Shown: piece by piece, positions 9,461-19,283 of the stretch
How the letters are laid out: each line of letters begins with the position of its first letter
Numbering within the stretch: position 1 is the first letter of the stretch
Assembly: GCA_020632375.1 (NCBI GenBank)
Contig: JACKFR010000003.1
Span: forward strand, 1,546-65,545
Length of the DNA stretch: 64,000 nucleotides
Direction of reading: 5' to 3'
Source: Candidatus Nomurabacteria bacterium
Lineage (GTDB): Bacteria; Patescibacteriota; Dojkabacteria; SC72; JAHDCA01
Position numbers and translations under genes: made by a program
Notes under the pieces: generated by a model
The model's database searches: none
Told to the model about the DNA's origin: nothing
Seen by the model: only the letters and a program-made list of their open reading frames with translations

Positions 9461-10726
9461 CTAAATGTACCTCTCGTAGCTCCTAATTACAACCATTGAG
9501 TCAATTTGCCTCTTCATATCTAATGCGACACCGACAAGAATCAATAAGCCGGTTCCTGACAATATTTGTGCAGGAAGGACATTTGTCGCAACAAGAACGC
9601 TTGGCAAGATTGCAAGGACACCAAGAAACACAGACCCTATAGCAGTAAGTCTAAAGGCAACATGTTTAAGATATTGTGCAGTTTGCTTACCGGGGCGTAT
9701 CCCTTGTATAAACGCTCCACGTTTGCCGAGATTTTCAGCAACATCATCTGGTTTGAAGACAACAGTAATATAAAAGAATGAAAATGCCACAACTAGAAGG
9801 AATGTACCTATGTTATGAACATTTGTATCATTCAGAAAAGTAATTATCTGGTTAGAAATATTTGTTACTTGAGAATTTATATCCCTAGTAGCAAGGAATT
9901 GAGCAATAAACTGTGGAAAAGAGAGTAAAGAGACGGCGAAAATAACAGGCAAGACTCCAAATTGAGTGACTTTTATCGGGACATAGTTATCTTGAGCACC
10001 TGCTGAATGAACTCGCCTAGAATAAGTTACTTTAACCCGTCTTTCACCTTCGGAGATAAATATAACAATTGCAATTATTACAACGAGAAGAAACACAAAC
10101 CATAAAAGCTGTAATGGGTCAGCGGTTCTTAAATTGTTTGATATTACATTTGGAATTCCGGCAACAATGCCTAAGAAAATGAGATAAGAAGAACCATTCC
10201 CAATTCCGCTTTCAGTAACCAGTTCACCAAACCACATCATAAGCATAGCTCCACCTGTCAGAGTGGATACCATTGCGACAAGAGTAATTCCTGAAAGCTG
10301 AGGCATTAAATTAAGGCCTCTCAGAGAAGAGTAGATCAAGAAAGACTGCATAATTGCGAGTGGAACTGTCAGATACCTGGTATACATGCTTATTAGCCTT
10401 CGACCCTGGCTACCTTCTTTCTGAAGTTCATCAAGTTTAGGAATTACTGTTCCAAGAAGTTGCAAAATAATCGACGCATTTATATATGGTGTTAATCCAA
10501 TAGCCACAACAGAGGCAGTTTCCAGCACTCCTCCTGAAATTTCTGAAACTGTCTGACCAAAGTTTGTTCCTCCGAAAAGGTTTTTAATAGCATCGAAAGG
10601 TATACCTACAACAGGAACTGCCGCCAAAACCCTAAAAACAACAAGTATTAGAAGTGAAAAATATATCCTATCACGGATTTCTTTAGATCTTAGTACTGAT
10701 AAAACAGCCTCCAATAGCTTCTTCAT
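9461..10726 (-). CDS. secY: preprotein translocase subunit SecY
   Basis: IGLTPYINASIILQLL, 10 hydrophobic segments, and spc-operon position. Confidence 0.95.
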   Translation of the reverse strand: MKKLLEAVLSVLRSKEIRDRIYFSLLILVVFRVLAAVPVVGIPFDAIKNLFGGTNFGQTVSEISGGVLETASVVAIGLTPYINASIILQLLGTVIPKLDELQKEGSQGRRLISMYTRYLTVPLAIMQSFLIYSSLRGLNLMPQLSGITLVAMVSTLTGGAMLMMWFGELVTESGIGNGSSYLIFLGIVAGIPNVISNNLRTADPLQLLWFVFLLVVIIAIVIFISEGERRVKVTYSRRVHSAGAQDNYVPIKVTQFGVLPVIFAVSLLSFPQFIAQFLATRDINSQVTNISNQIITFLNDTNVHNIGTFLLVVAFSFFYITVVFKPDDVAENLGKRGAFIQGIRPGKQTAQYLKHVAFRLTAIGSVFLGVLAILPSVLVATNVLPAQILSGTGLLILVGVALDMKRQIDSMVVIRSYERYI

Positions 10727-10746
10727 GTTGATTCCTTAAGCAACTA

Positions 10747-11187
10747 TTACTTTTTAATTTGCCCTTTTACAGTCAGAACCTTCTTTTCTGCACTCTCGGA
10801 AAGATGGATTCCCTGAACTATGAGTTTTTTCGTAAGCTCACCATAACCAAGAATTTTTACTGCAGTTGTTCTTTTTCGTATCAGGCCTTTTTCACGCAAA
10901 CTTTCAAGGGTAACTGTTTCTCCAGCTTTATAATATTTATCAAGGATAGAGACATTCATTGCTTGTGCCTTTACCTTTTGCGTTCTTTTGAAGCCACGAT
11001 ACTTAGGAACTTTTCTATAGAAAGGTACATTGCCTCCTTCAAACATTATCATTGATTTATGACCAGATCGGGACTTCTGTCCTTTTGTACCTCTCCCGAC
11101 TGTATGACCTCCTCTAGTGTAGTCACGGCCAATCCTGTTTTTAGGCATTTTTCTTTTTTTTCTTCTTGGTAGTTCGTGTAGTTTCAT
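10747..11187 (-). CDS. rplO: 50S ribosomal protein L15
   Basis: GGHTVGRGTKGQKSRSG matches the Gly-rich L15 N-domain. Confidence 0.9.
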   Translation of the reverse strand: MKLHELPRRKKRKMPKNRIGRDYTRGGHTVGRGTKGQKSRSGHKSMIMFEGGNVPFYRKVPKYRGFKRTQKVKAQAMNVSILDKYYKAGETVTLESLREKGLIRKRTTAVKILGYGELTKKLIVQGIHLSESAEKKVLTVKGQIKK

Positions 11188-11205
11188 TTCAATAACTATA
11201 AATCT

Positions 11206-11940
11206 TTATTCATTCTTACTTGGCTTGTCAGCTTCCTGAGTTTGCTTTACTTTATCAACCTTAGTTGCCTTCAGGGTTGGCGCTGGACTCTTTTTTACAT
11301 CGGTTTTAACCGATGACTTATGTGACTTAGCTGGCTTCCTGTTTTTTTTGTTATTCTTAGACTCTTTTGCATCTTTTTTCTGTTTACTCTTCTTCAGCCT
11401 TAGTTCGCGAGCTTTTCGCTCTTCATCCATTTGTGCTTTAAGAGAAATTCTATCCCGCATCTTGGACATTTGTTTCAAAACTCTTTCACTTTTCAGCTGT
11501 TTAAGAGCTTCAAATGTGCAGTATGCATTACCGATAAGATCTCCTGAGCCTAAAACTTTTCCATAGACATTTTCAATCCCGCATAACTCTAAAACAGTGC
11601 GAACAGAAGATCCGGCAATAACTCCAGTACCAGGCTTGGCAGGTCTGAGAAGGATCTTTGAAGCACCATTTTTATAATATAATTCATGAGGGATAGTGTC
11701 ACCAACCAGCGCAATTCTCTTCATTACTTTTTCAGCTTTTCTTGTAGCTTTCTCGATAGCGCTTCTTGTATCATCCCCTCGCCCTAATGCAACACCAACT
11801 GAGCCTTTTTTATCTCCGACAACAACCATTGCGCTAAACCTAAGCCTCTTACTTCCAGAAGTGACTTTTGCAACTCTTCTTATAGAGATCGCTTTTGAAT
11901 CATATCTCTTTTCTTTTCTTTCTCTCATTATTTCTGCCAT
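11206..11940 (-). CDS. rpsE: 30S ribosomal protein S5 with ~80-aa Lys-rich C-terminal extension
   Basis: RRVAKVTSGSKRLRFSAMVVVGDKKGSVGVALGRG is the S5 core. The tail KKSKQKKDAKESKNNKKNRKPAKSHK... is extra. Confidence 0.9.
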   Translation of the reverse strand: MAEIMRERKEKRYDSKAISIRRVAKVTSGSKRLRFSAMVVVGDKKGSVGVALGRGDDTRSAIEKATRKAEKVMKRIALVGDTIPHELYYKNGASKILLRPAKPGTGVIAGSSVRTVLELCGIENVYGKVLGSGDLIGNAYCTFEALKQLKSERVLKQMSKMRDRISLKAQMDEERKARELRLKKSKQKKDAKESKNNKKNRKPAKSHKSSVKTDVKKSPAPTLKATKVDKVKQTQEADKPSKNE

Positions 11941-11949
11941 TTTTATACA

Positions 11950-12279
11950 CTAAACTTTAATTCCAGACTCCCGAAGTCCCTCAACTGCGGACTTGATATT
12001 ACCATGATACTTATAACCGCTTCTATCAAAAACAACCTCTTCTACTTTAATCTTTTTAAGCTTCTTACCAATTTCTACACCGTTTTTCTTACTTTCTTCC
12101 AATCCTTTCTTGGATCGTTTAGAGAAAAGCACTTTATGGCTAATATCATCAGCAACTCCTAAATAAAGATACTTAGTGCTTCTAAAAGCAAAAACTCTAA
12201 GCTTCCCAGAAAATCTATTCTGTTTCTTTGCTATAGCTTTTTTACGCCTTATTCTTTTGTCTTTTTTTGTAGTTGCCAT
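11950..12279 (-). CDS. rplR: 50S ribosomal protein L18
   Basis: The C-terminal FDRSGYKYHGNIKSAVEGLRESGIKV is the L18 signature. Confidence 0.9.
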   Translation of the reverse strand: MATTKKDKRIRRKKAIAKKQNRFSGKLRVFAFRSTKYLYLGVADDISHKVLFSKRSKKGLEESKKNGVEIGKKLKKIKVEEVVFDRSGYKYHGNIKSAVEGLRESGIKV

Positions 12280-12297
12280 ATTCCTTATTTAGATAGA

Positions 12298-12843
12298 CTA
12301 TTTCGCACTTACAACAGCTTTCGGACTTTTTTGTCTTACATATTCGCCTTCATATCTAATCCCTTTACCTTTATAGGGTTCAGGTGGGCGAACTTTTCTT
12401 ATCTTTGCTGCAAACTCACCTACTTTCTGTTTATCGAAACCTGTTATGACGATTGTTGACTCATCCGGAACATCTGTTTTCAGACCTTCTGGTATATCAA
12501 ACTCAACTGGGTGATTCCAACCTAGTGATAAAGATAGTTTTAAACCATCCATCCTAGCTCTGAAACCGACGCCTACTATCTCTAACTTCTTTGTAAAACC
12601 TTCTTTTACCCCTTTGACTGCATTTGCAAGTATTGCACGATAAGTACCATGCAAAGACATAATCTCTTTTGTTTCTTTGTCCCTCGACAGAACTAACTGG
12701 TTCCCTTCAACTTTCGCTATAATTCCCGAGGGGAGAACAAAGCTAAGGTTCCCCATAGTGCCATTTACATCGACATTTTGTCCATTTATTTTTACAACAA
12801 CGCCTTCTTCAATTGTTATTGGTGTATTTCCAATTCTAGACAT
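12298..12843 (-). CDS. rplF: 50S ribosomal protein L6
   Basis: MSRIGNTPI N-terminus and PEPYKGKGIRYEGE. Confidence 0.95.
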   Translation of the reverse strand: MSRIGNTPITIEEGVVVKINGQNVDVNGTMGNLSFVLPSGIIAKVEGNQLVLSRDKETKEIMSLHGTYRAILANAVKGVKEGFTKKLEIVGVGFRARMDGLKLSLSLGWNHPVEFDIPEGLKTDVPDESTIVITGFDKQKVGEFAAKIRKVRPPEPYKGKGIRYEGEYVRQKSPKAVVSAK

Positions 12844-12844
12844 T

Positions 12845-13225
12845 TTACCAAATATTACAGATATATTCCCCTCCTAAACGCTTTGACTTAGCCATCGCTC
12901 CAGTCATTAGCCCTTGGGAAGTACTTATAATAGATATTCCACGCCCATTCAAGACAGGAAGAATCTCTTTTGTACTGACGTAAACTCTTTGACCAGGAGT
13001 ACTGACTTTTTCTACTTTATGAATTACAGGATTCTTATCATCATATGCGAGCTCAGCAACAGCTTTGCCATCTTCGATTGAAAACTCTTTAATAAAACCT
13101 TCTTGTTTAAGAATCTCTAGCACTGCAAGAACCATCTTAGAGGTCAGAAGATCAACTGTTTCATGATTTCTCTCTGAACTATTTTTTATCCTTGTTAGTG
13201 TGTCTGCGATTATATCGGTTACCAT
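12845..13225 (-). CDS. rpsH: 30S ribosomal protein S8
   Basis: DIIADTLTRIKN and the C-terminal GGEYICNIW. Confidence 0.95.
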   Translation of the reverse strand: MVTDIIADTLTRIKNSSERNHETVDLLTSKMVLAVLEILKQEGFIKEFSIEDGKAVAELAYDDKNPVIHKVEKVSTPGQRVYVSTKEILPVLNGRGISIISTSQGLMTGAMAKSKRLGGEYICNIW

Positions 13226-13246
13226 CTTTCTAAATACAAAATATAT

Positions 13247-13441
13247 TTACCAAACAGCTTTCTTTACTCCGGGAATTTCGCCTTCGGAAGCATGTTGCCT
13301 AAAACAAATTCTACACATTCCAAATTTTCGTATATATCCTCTTGACCGGCCGCAAATTTTGCAACGATTATACACTTTTGTTCGGTGCTTATTCGACCTT
13401 TTATATCTTTTTTCTTGTGCAATCTTAGATTTTTTTGCCAT
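13247..13441 (-). CDS. rpsN: 30S ribosomal protein S14, zinc-binding short (type Z) form
   Basis: [12 protein letters not shown]...[22 protein letters not shown]...GVKKAVW. The ATG at 13441 is preferred over the listed upstream start and overlaps the rplE 3' end. Confidence 0.9.
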   Translation of the reverse strand: MAKKSKIAQEKRYKRSNKHRTKVYNRCKICGRSRGYIRKFGMCRICFRQHASEGEIPGVKKAVW

Positions 13442-13979
13442 CCTTCTTGAAAGGGAATCCAAATTTATCTAAAAACATCTTTGCCTGTTCATTATTTTTC
13501 GCAGTAGTAACAATCGTAATTTGCAAACCTCTAAGTTTTTGGACTTTATTCGGGTTTATTTCGGGAAAAACTGTATGCTCAGTAACCCCTAAAGTGTAAT
13601 TCCCACTGCCATCAAAAGCCCTCAATGATACACCTCTAAAGTCTCTTGTTCTTGGGAATACAACATTAACCAATTTATCAAAAAACTCCCACATTCTATC
13701 ACCTCTCAAAGTGGCAAAAACTCCTATATCCATGCCTTCCCGTACTTTAAAAGATGAGACAGACTTTTTTGCTCTTGCGACTACAGGTTTTTGACCTGTA
13801 ATATCAGTAATTATTTCGGATGCTTCTTCGATCGCTGCACTATTGTTTGTCGCATCACTAACACCAGTATTTACAACTATTTTTTCAAGTCTAGGAACTT
13901 CCATTATATTAGAAAACTCACCTTCTTGTAGAAGCTCTTTTCTAATCTTTGAATTGTATTCGTCTTTGAGTCTTGCCAT
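13425..13979 (-). CDS. rplE: 50S ribosomal protein L5
   Basis: [16 protein letters not shown] and [22 protein letters not shown]. Confidence 0.95.
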   Translation of the reverse strand: MARLKDEYNSKIRKELLQEGEFSNIMEVPRLEKIVVNTGVSDATNNSAAIEEASEIITDITGQKPVVARAKKSVSSFKVREGMDIGVFATLRGDRMWEFFDKLVNVVFPRTRDFRGVSLRAFDGSGNYTLGVTEHTVFPEINPNKVQKLRGLQITIVTTAKNNEQAKMFLDKFGFPFKKDGKKI

Positions 13980-14395
13980 TACTTACTATTTTGTTTCTTA
14001 GATTTCTGCCTAGGTTTCTTATTCGTCTTAGCGTCAACTTTTTCCTTTTTCCCTAAGTTACTCTTGGGCTTTGCTTTACTACTCAAACTATCTAAAGCCT
14101 TCCCTGTTCTCTTTCCGACTCTAATCTTTGTTTTACCTTCAAGTTTCCATCCTACCCTGGTAGGCTTTTGACTCTCAGGATCAATAACCTGTACTTTAGA
14201 TGCAGGAAGAGGCTTAGATATTGTTAAAATCTCCGGAGCCCGATCGCTTCCGTTCCCTTTGCTATGCTTTTTGAACAGGTTTACCCCCTCTACAATAACG
14301 ACTTTTTTACTCCTAATCACTCGAAGAACCTTACCTACTTTACCAGCATCTTTTCCATACAAAACTTTAACTTTGTCGTCTTTTTTTATCTTCAT
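13979..14395 (-). CDS. rplX: 50S ribosomal protein L24 with Lys-rich C-terminal extension
   Basis: KOW motif KIKKDDKVKVLYGKDAGKVGKVLRV. Tail is SKAKPKSNLGKKEKVDAKTNKKPRQKSKKQNSK. Confidence 0.9.
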   Translation of the reverse strand: MKIKKDDKVKVLYGKDAGKVGKVLRVIRSKKVVIVEGVNLFKKHSKGNGSDRAPEILTISKPLPASKVQVIDPESQKPTRVGWKLEGKTKIRVGKRTGKALDSLSSKAKPKSNLGKKEKVDAKTNKKPRQKSKKQNSK

Positions 14396-14760
14396 AATAC
14401 TTCTACCGCCATCGATACTATTTTATCGTATTTTGCATCCTTTAATTCTCTAGCTACAGGACCAAATACTCTTGTGCCAAGAGGCAGTTTTTTTGTGTCT
14501 ATTAGCACACAAGCATTATCGTCAAAGCGTATATATGAGCCATCTACACGCCTTTTCTCTTTTTTTGTTCTAATTATGACAGCCTTATGGACTTGATGTG
14601 CCTTGATAGCAGAGTTTGGTATAGCTTCTTGAATTGAGACAGTAATGAGTTCACCAACTCTAGCCCATCTTCTTCTAGAAAACCCGGGAATTCCAACTAA
14701 TTTAGCAACTTTTCCCCCTGAATTGTCTGCAACCTTTAGTTTTGATCCAAGCTGTAACAT
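14392..14760 (-). CDS. rplN: 50S ribosomal protein L14
   Basis: MLQLGSKLKVADNSGGK N-terminus. Confidence 0.95.
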   Translation of the reverse strand: MLQLGSKLKVADNSGGKVAKLVGIPGFSRRRWARVGELITVSIQEAIPNSAIKAHQVHKAVIIRTKKEKRRVDGSYIRFDDNACVLIDTKKLPLGTRVFGPVARELKDAKYDKIVSMAVEVL

Positions 14761-14766
14761 ATATTT

Positions 14767-15033
14767 CTATTTTTCTTTATTAAATACTTGGGTAACCTTC
14801 CATCTTACATTCTTTGAGTAAGGTTTAGATTCTTCTATAAGCACTTCTGCATCTAAATCAATTTCATTATCGATATGGGCAAAATATACTTTTCTCCTCT
14901 CGACAATCTTTTTATATCTTGGGTGTGCGACTTGATTAACAACAAGAACTTTAACAGTCTTATTCATACTGTTGCCGATAACTACACCCTTAATAGATCT
15001 TCTTTTGCTTTTTTCAGGCAATTTATTTGCCAT
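14767..15033 (-). CDS. rpsQ: 30S ribosomal protein S17
   Basis: From MANKLPEKSKRRSIKGVVIGNSMNKTVKVLV... it aligns with the S17 N-terminus. The listed ORF's extra 20 N-terminal codons belong to the rpmC remnant. Confidence 0.9.
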   Translation of the reverse strand: MANKLPEKSKRRSIKGVVIGNSMNKTVKVLVVNQVAHPRYKKIVERRKVYFAHIDNEIDLDAEVLIEESKPYSKNVRWKVTQVFNKEK

Positions 15034-15114
15034 ACCTACCGATATTAAATTACGCTGACGGATTTTATCAATAATCCGAGTAAGATTCAACAACTATGGC
15101 TTGAAATTAGCCAT
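15034..15114 (-). pseudogene. rpmC: remnant of 50S ribosomal protein L29 gene (27 codons with in-frame TAG)
   Basis: Only 103 nt separate the rplP stop (15137) from the rpsQ ATG (15033). The minus strand reads AGGAG-6nt-ATG GCT AAT TTC AAG CCA TAG, then in frame LLNLTRIIDKIRQRNLISVG. That stretch resembles the L29 C-terminal helix (..IARIKTILRER..). Confidence 0.4.
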
Positions 15115-15136
15115 ATCTAGCTCCTACAACCAGAAT

Positions 15137-15550
15137 CTAAAGCTCAGATCTTTTAACAAACTTGGTTCGGACAGAAAGCTTATGCGCCGCCAATCTAAAT
15201 GCCTCTTGTGCAGTTTCTTCCGTAACACCACTGATTTCAAAAATCATGTTCCCTGGTTTAACAACTGCTACGAAACCCTCCGGTTCTCCCTTTCCAGCTT
15301 CCATCTTGGCATTCACAGGCTTTGAAGTATAAGACTTGTGAGGAAAAATTTTTATCCACACTTTACCCTTTCTCTTTATATGCCCTACGATTGCTCTACG
15401 TCCAGCTTCAATTTCGCGAGAATTAACCCAACCTCTTGTAGTGGCTTTCAAGCCATATTGACCAAAATCGACCTTATTATTAGCCCCTGCAACACCTGCC
15501 ATTTTGCCTCTAAATTCTTTTCGATGTTTTGTACGTTTCGGTTGTAACAT
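15137..15550 (-). CDS. rplP: 50S ribosomal protein L16
   Basis: [18 protein letters not shown]-terminus. Confidence 0.95.
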   Translation of the reverse strand: MLQPKRTKHRKEFRGKMAGVAGANNKVDFGQYGLKATTRGWVNSREIEAGRRAIVGHIKRKGKVWIKIFPHKSYTSKPVNAKMEAGKGEPEGFVAVVKPGNMIFEISGVTEETAQEAFRLAAHKLSVRTKFVKRSEL

Positions 15551-15555
15551 TATTT

Positions 15556-16209
15556 CTATTTCTGATCTGAATTAGTTTCGTTGCCAGGTTTATAAACCCA
15601 AACTTTTACCCCAAGAATACCAAGGTCTTTTGTAGTAGCTTTCTCAAATGCGTAATCGATATTCGCCTTCAGAGTGTGTAAAGGGACTGCTCCGTCATTA
15701 TGTTTTATAGTTCTCGCTTGTGCAACTCCGTTGATTCGTCCAGAGACCCATATCTTGACCCCTTTTGCGCCAGCACTTCTTGCCTTTGCAATGGCATTCT
15801 GAACAAGTAGCTTTGGTCTCATCCTTCTCTCGATCCCGCTAGCAATCTCAAGAGCGATAGCTCTAGCCGAAAGCTCAGGTCTTTTTACTTCGGTAATTTT
15901 TACATCAACTTCTATTTTGGTGCCAACAATTTTCTTAATCTTTTTAATAAGCTCTTCGATTCCAGAACCGCTACGGCCGATTGCGACACCTGGCTTGGCG
16001 ACAAATGCACTGACTGTGAGCTTACCTGCGGATCGGGAGATATCAACAAGATCTAAACCAGCTGACCTTAAAGCTTTTTTAACAAGCTCTCTAATCTTGA
16101 TATCTTGATGCAGGTTCTCTACATATGAATCAGACTCTCCAAACCATCTAGACTTCCAGTCTCTATTGATGCCGAGTCTCATTGAATTGGAATTTATCTT
16201 ATGTCCCAT
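15556..16209 (-). CDS. rpsC: 30S ribosomal protein S3
   Basis: [24 protein letters not shown]-terminus and a KH domain. Confidence 0.95.
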   Translation of the reverse strand: MGHKINSNSMRLGINRDWKSRWFGESDSYVENLHQDIKIRELVKKALRSAGLDLVDISRSAGKLTVSAFVAKPGVAIGRSGSGIEELIKKIKKIVGTKIEVDVKITEVKRPELSARAIALEIASGIERRMRPKLLVQNAIAKARSAGAKGVKIWVSGRINGVAQARTIKHNDGAVPLHTLKANIDYAFEKATTKDLGILGVKVWVYKPGNETNSDQK

Positions 16210-16210
16210 T

Positions 16211-16552
16211 TTATGCTTTCCTGCTTAGCTCTAAACTTAAATTTGCTCTTCTTTTCAATATTCGCGACGATCTACCCCTTGAGGCAAATCTACCTCTTTT
16301 GTATGTAGTTGCGACATCAACTTTAATTTCAGAAATAACAAGATCACCATTAGTCCAAGACTTGTTGTTCACAGCATTTGAAATTCCCGATTTAATTGCT
16401 TTTGAGACAAATCTGGCCCCTTTTTTATTTACGAGCGCAAGCATTTCAATGCTAGATTGAGCATCTTTACCTCTAACTAGATCTGCAACCAGCCTCAATT
16501 TTTGAGGAGATTGAGGGATATTATTTAATTTTACAATTATTTTATCTTCCAT
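16211..16552 (-). CDS. rplV: 50S ribosomal protein L22
   Basis: SPQKLRLVADLVRGK and position between rpsS and rpsC. Confidence 0.9.
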   Translation of the reverse strand: MEDKIIVKLNNIPQSPQKLRLVADLVRGKDAQSSIEMLALVNKKGARFVSKAIKSGISNAVNNKSWTNGDLVISEIKVDVATTYKRGRFASRGRSSRILKRRANLSLELSRKA

Positions 16553-16564
16553 AGTTCTTTATAG

Positions 16565-16870
16565 TTATTCAGCATAACGGCCAGTACTTCCATAAACCTT
16601 TGCAAGCTTACCTTTTTTAGCATGACCCCTAAATTTCCTCGTCATTGCAAACTCGCCCAAACGATGGCCGACCATCGACTCTTCAATAAGCACCGGTTCG
16701 TGGGTTTTACCATTATGGACCGCAATCGTCAAACCAACCATTTCAGGCGTAATTACAGATGCCCTGCTCCAGGTTTTAATTGGTGTTCTATCTCCGGAGG
16801 CAATAGCTTTCTGAACTTTTTTTAGCAATTTTTCACTTGTAAACGGTCCTTTTTTTATCGATCTAGACAT
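16565..16870 (-). CDS. rpsS: 30S ribosomal protein S19
   Basis: [10 protein letters not shown] and [16 protein letters not shown]. Confidence 0.95.
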   Translation of the reverse strand: MSRSIKKGPFTSEKLLKKVQKAIASGDRTPIKTWSRASVITPEMVGLTIAVHNGKTHEPVLIEESMVGHRLGEFAMTRKFRGHAKKGKLAKVYGSTGRYAE

Positions 16871-16887
16871 CTGTACACACTTCTAAA

Positions 16888-17739
16888 TTATTTTTTAGCA
16901 AACTTTCTTTGTTTAGAACGTCTTCGCTTAATAATATACTTTTCAGTTCTCTTATTACTCCTTGTTCGAGTACCGACTCGGTTACCCCATTTATCTTTTG
17001 CAGGCCCTCCAATCACACCCTTACCTTCACCACCGCCATGAGGATGCTGCGCAGGATGCATTACCATTCCTCTCACTTCAGGTCTCAAACCTAAATTCCT
17101 CGCTCGACCTGCTTTACCGAGTTTAACATTCATCTTATCTTCATTTCCGACTTGTCCTATTGTCGCCATACAGTCTGCATGAATAAGTCTTATTTCACCT
17201 GAAGACATTTTCACTTGTGCGTACTTACCAGTAGAATCCAAGCCTTGTACAATCATAATCTGTCCGGCAGATCTTGCTAAGGCGGCTCCTTTGCCAGGGT
17301 TGATTTCTACGCAGTGAACCTCTGTACCAGAAGGGATATTCTTTAATTTCATAGAATTCCCGATGACAACATCTGTTTTTTCAGCAGAAACTACCTCTGA
17401 CCCGATTTCAAGGCCTTTTGGCGCGATTATATACCTTTTCTCACCATCTGCATATTGTAAAAGTGCTAGATGTGCAGATCTATTCGGATCAAAATGAAAG
17501 CTAAGTACTTTTGCAGGTACTTCAAATTTATCTCTCTTGAAGTCGATAAGCCTAGTTCTTCGCTTTTTACCACCGCCTCTATGACGAACGGTAATCTTTC
17601 CCTGGTTGTTTCTACCATTAATTTTCTTTTTAGACTGAGTCAACGTCTTTGGGCCTCTGCTTTTGGACAGCATGCTCCTATCCTCTAGCTTTGTTGCCCT
17701 CATTGTAGAAGTTGTAGGTCTAAATTTTCTTACTGCCAT
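16888..17739 (-). CDS. rplB: 50S ribosomal protein L2
   Basis: RHRGGGKKRR and HPHGGGEGKG motifs. Confidence 0.95.
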   Translation of the reverse strand: MAVRKFRPTTSTMRATKLEDRSMLSKSRGPKTLTQSKKKINGRNNQGKITVRHRGGGKKRRTRLIDFKRDKFEVPAKVLSFHFDPNRSAHLALLQYADGEKRYIIAPKGLEIGSEVVSAEKTDVVIGNSMKLKNIPSGTEVHCVEINPGKGAALARSAGQIMIVQGLDSTGKYAQVKMSSGEIRLIHADCMATIGQVGNEDKMNVKLGKAGRARNLGLRPEVRGMVMHPAQHPHGGGEGKGVIGGPAKDKWGNRVGTRTRSNKRTEKYIIKRRRSKQRKFAKK

Positions 17740-17741
17740 AC

Positions 17742-18029
17742 CTATAGATTAAAAAAATCATCAATTTTATCCCCTTGCTTCAATGTGACAATAGCCTTCC
17801 TACTATCTCCCGCACGAAAAGCTTTACCAATCTTCCAGTTAAACTTCATTTTTCCAGGTTGAGTAATAACATTTACATTTAGTACGGTTACTTTGTATTC
17901 CTTCTCAACCGCTTTCTTTATTTCAATTTTCGAAGCTTTCAGATCAACACTAAAGGTATATTGATTTTGCTCATTTGCGAGGTTGTAGCTTTTTTCGGAA
18001 ATTACTGGTTTTAAAAGGTTATTTTTCAT
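17742..18029 (-). CDS. rplW: 50S ribosomal protein L23
   Basis: Size, position between rplD and rplB, and KIEIKKAVEKEYKVTVLNVN. Confidence 0.9.
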   Translation of the reverse strand: MKNNLLKPVISEKSYNLANEQNQYTFSVDLKASKIEIKKAVEKEYKVTVLNVNVITQPGKMKFNWKIGKAFRAGDSRKAIVTLKQGDKIDDFFNL

Positions 18030-18621
18030 TTATCAGCCTACTTTCCAAATTACTTACAATACCAGAATCAATACAGATATCAGTATACGAAACTACGTTT
18101 AATGTGTTTAAACTTTTGGAATCAATCAAGTTCAAGCCATTAACATTACGCAATTTTGCGTAGACATCTTTATTATCTGTAACCCAAAGAACTCTCTTCT
18201 TGCTATCCCAGACCTTTCTGTCAAGATCTTTATCAGGGGCATCTACAAATTTAATCTTTCCTTCTCTTAATCGCTGAGAAAGAGCCATAGAGAGTGCTTT
18301 ATTCTTCATCTTTTTATTGAGTCTCTTTTTCCAGTTTTTCCCACTTGGTGGAAATGCGACACCACCACCAACCCAGAGAGGAGATCTGATTGACCCGTGT
18401 CTGGCTCGCCCAGTACCTTTTTGCCTCCAAGGTTTTCGTCCTCCACCTCGAACCATTGCTCGGGTTTTCGCATTTGAAGAGCCTGCTCTGAGATTGCTCC
18501 TATATACAAAGATTGCTTGAGCAACAAGGTCTGCATCATATGGAACAGACCAAACAACATCATTCAGATTAATTGATTTAGTACTTTCTTTCCCTGTTTT
18601 TGTTGTAAGCTTAATTTCCAT
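18019..18621 (-). CDS. rplD: 50S ribosomal protein L4
   Basis: RGGGRKPWRQKGTGRARHGSIRSPLWVGGG. Confidence 0.95.
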   Translation of the reverse strand: MEIKLTTKTGKESTKSINLNDVVWSVPYDADLVAQAIFVYRSNLRAGSSNAKTRAMVRGGGRKPWRQKGTGRARHGSIRSPLWVGGGVAFPPSGKNWKKRLNKKMKNKALSMALSQRLREGKIKFVDAPDKDLDRKVWDSKKRVLWVTDNKDVYAKLRNVNGLNLIDSKSLNTLNVVSYTDICIDSGIVSNLESRLINEK

Positions 18622-19210
18622 TTACTTTTTCTTTCACTTTAACAAGTACAACATCGCCTCTTGCTCCAGGAACACTCCCCGAAATAAGAAGATATCCATC
18701 TCTAATTTCAACAACCTTTTTATTTGCAACTGTTAAGTTCTGTCCACCCATCCTACCTGCCATCTTCTTTCCTTTCCATACTCTTCCGGGTGTAGTACCT
18801 GAGCCGATAGATCCTGGTGACCTATGTTTATCGGATTGACCGTGTGTCTTAGGACCACCCTTAAATCCCCATCTTTTTACTACTCCTGCAAATCCTTTAC
18901 CCTTACTTCTACCTTCTATATCAACTATTGTGCCTTCTTCCCAGTCAGATATGTCTATTTTGTCATTTACATCTAAATCACCCATTCCGGAGACCCAGAC
19001 TCTTACACGTGGAACATAGCCCAACTTAGAGTATTTACCGGAAAGAGCTTTGTTGGGAGAAGATTTAGGAGTGCGAATGCCAAGTTCGACCCCTTTCGCA
19101 TCTTTTCCCGAAACAACGCAATCCTGCACATCTAAGATCGTCACAGGGACAGCCTTTTCATCTCTAAAAACTCGTGTCATTCCTTTTTTGATTCCAAGTA
19201 CAGCTTTCAT
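18611..19210 (-). CDS. rplC: 50S ribosomal protein L3
   Basis: GKGFAGVVKRWGFKGGPKTHGQS. Confidence 0.95.
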   Translation of the reverse strand: MKAVLGIKKGMTRVFRDEKAVPVTILDVQDCVVSGKDAKGVELGIRTPKSSPNKALSGKYSKLGYVPRVRVWVSGMGDLDVNDKIDISDWEEGTIVDIEGRSKGKGFAGVVKRWGFKGGPKTHGQSDKHRSPGSIGSGTTPGRVWKGKKMAGRMGGQNLTVANKKVVEIRDGYLLISGSVPGARGDVVLVKVKEKVNGN

Positions 19211-19283
19211 CTAAGCTAAAAGCATTTTATATACATACACGTAGAAACTACGCACTGGATACGAAATACCCAATACGAGATCT

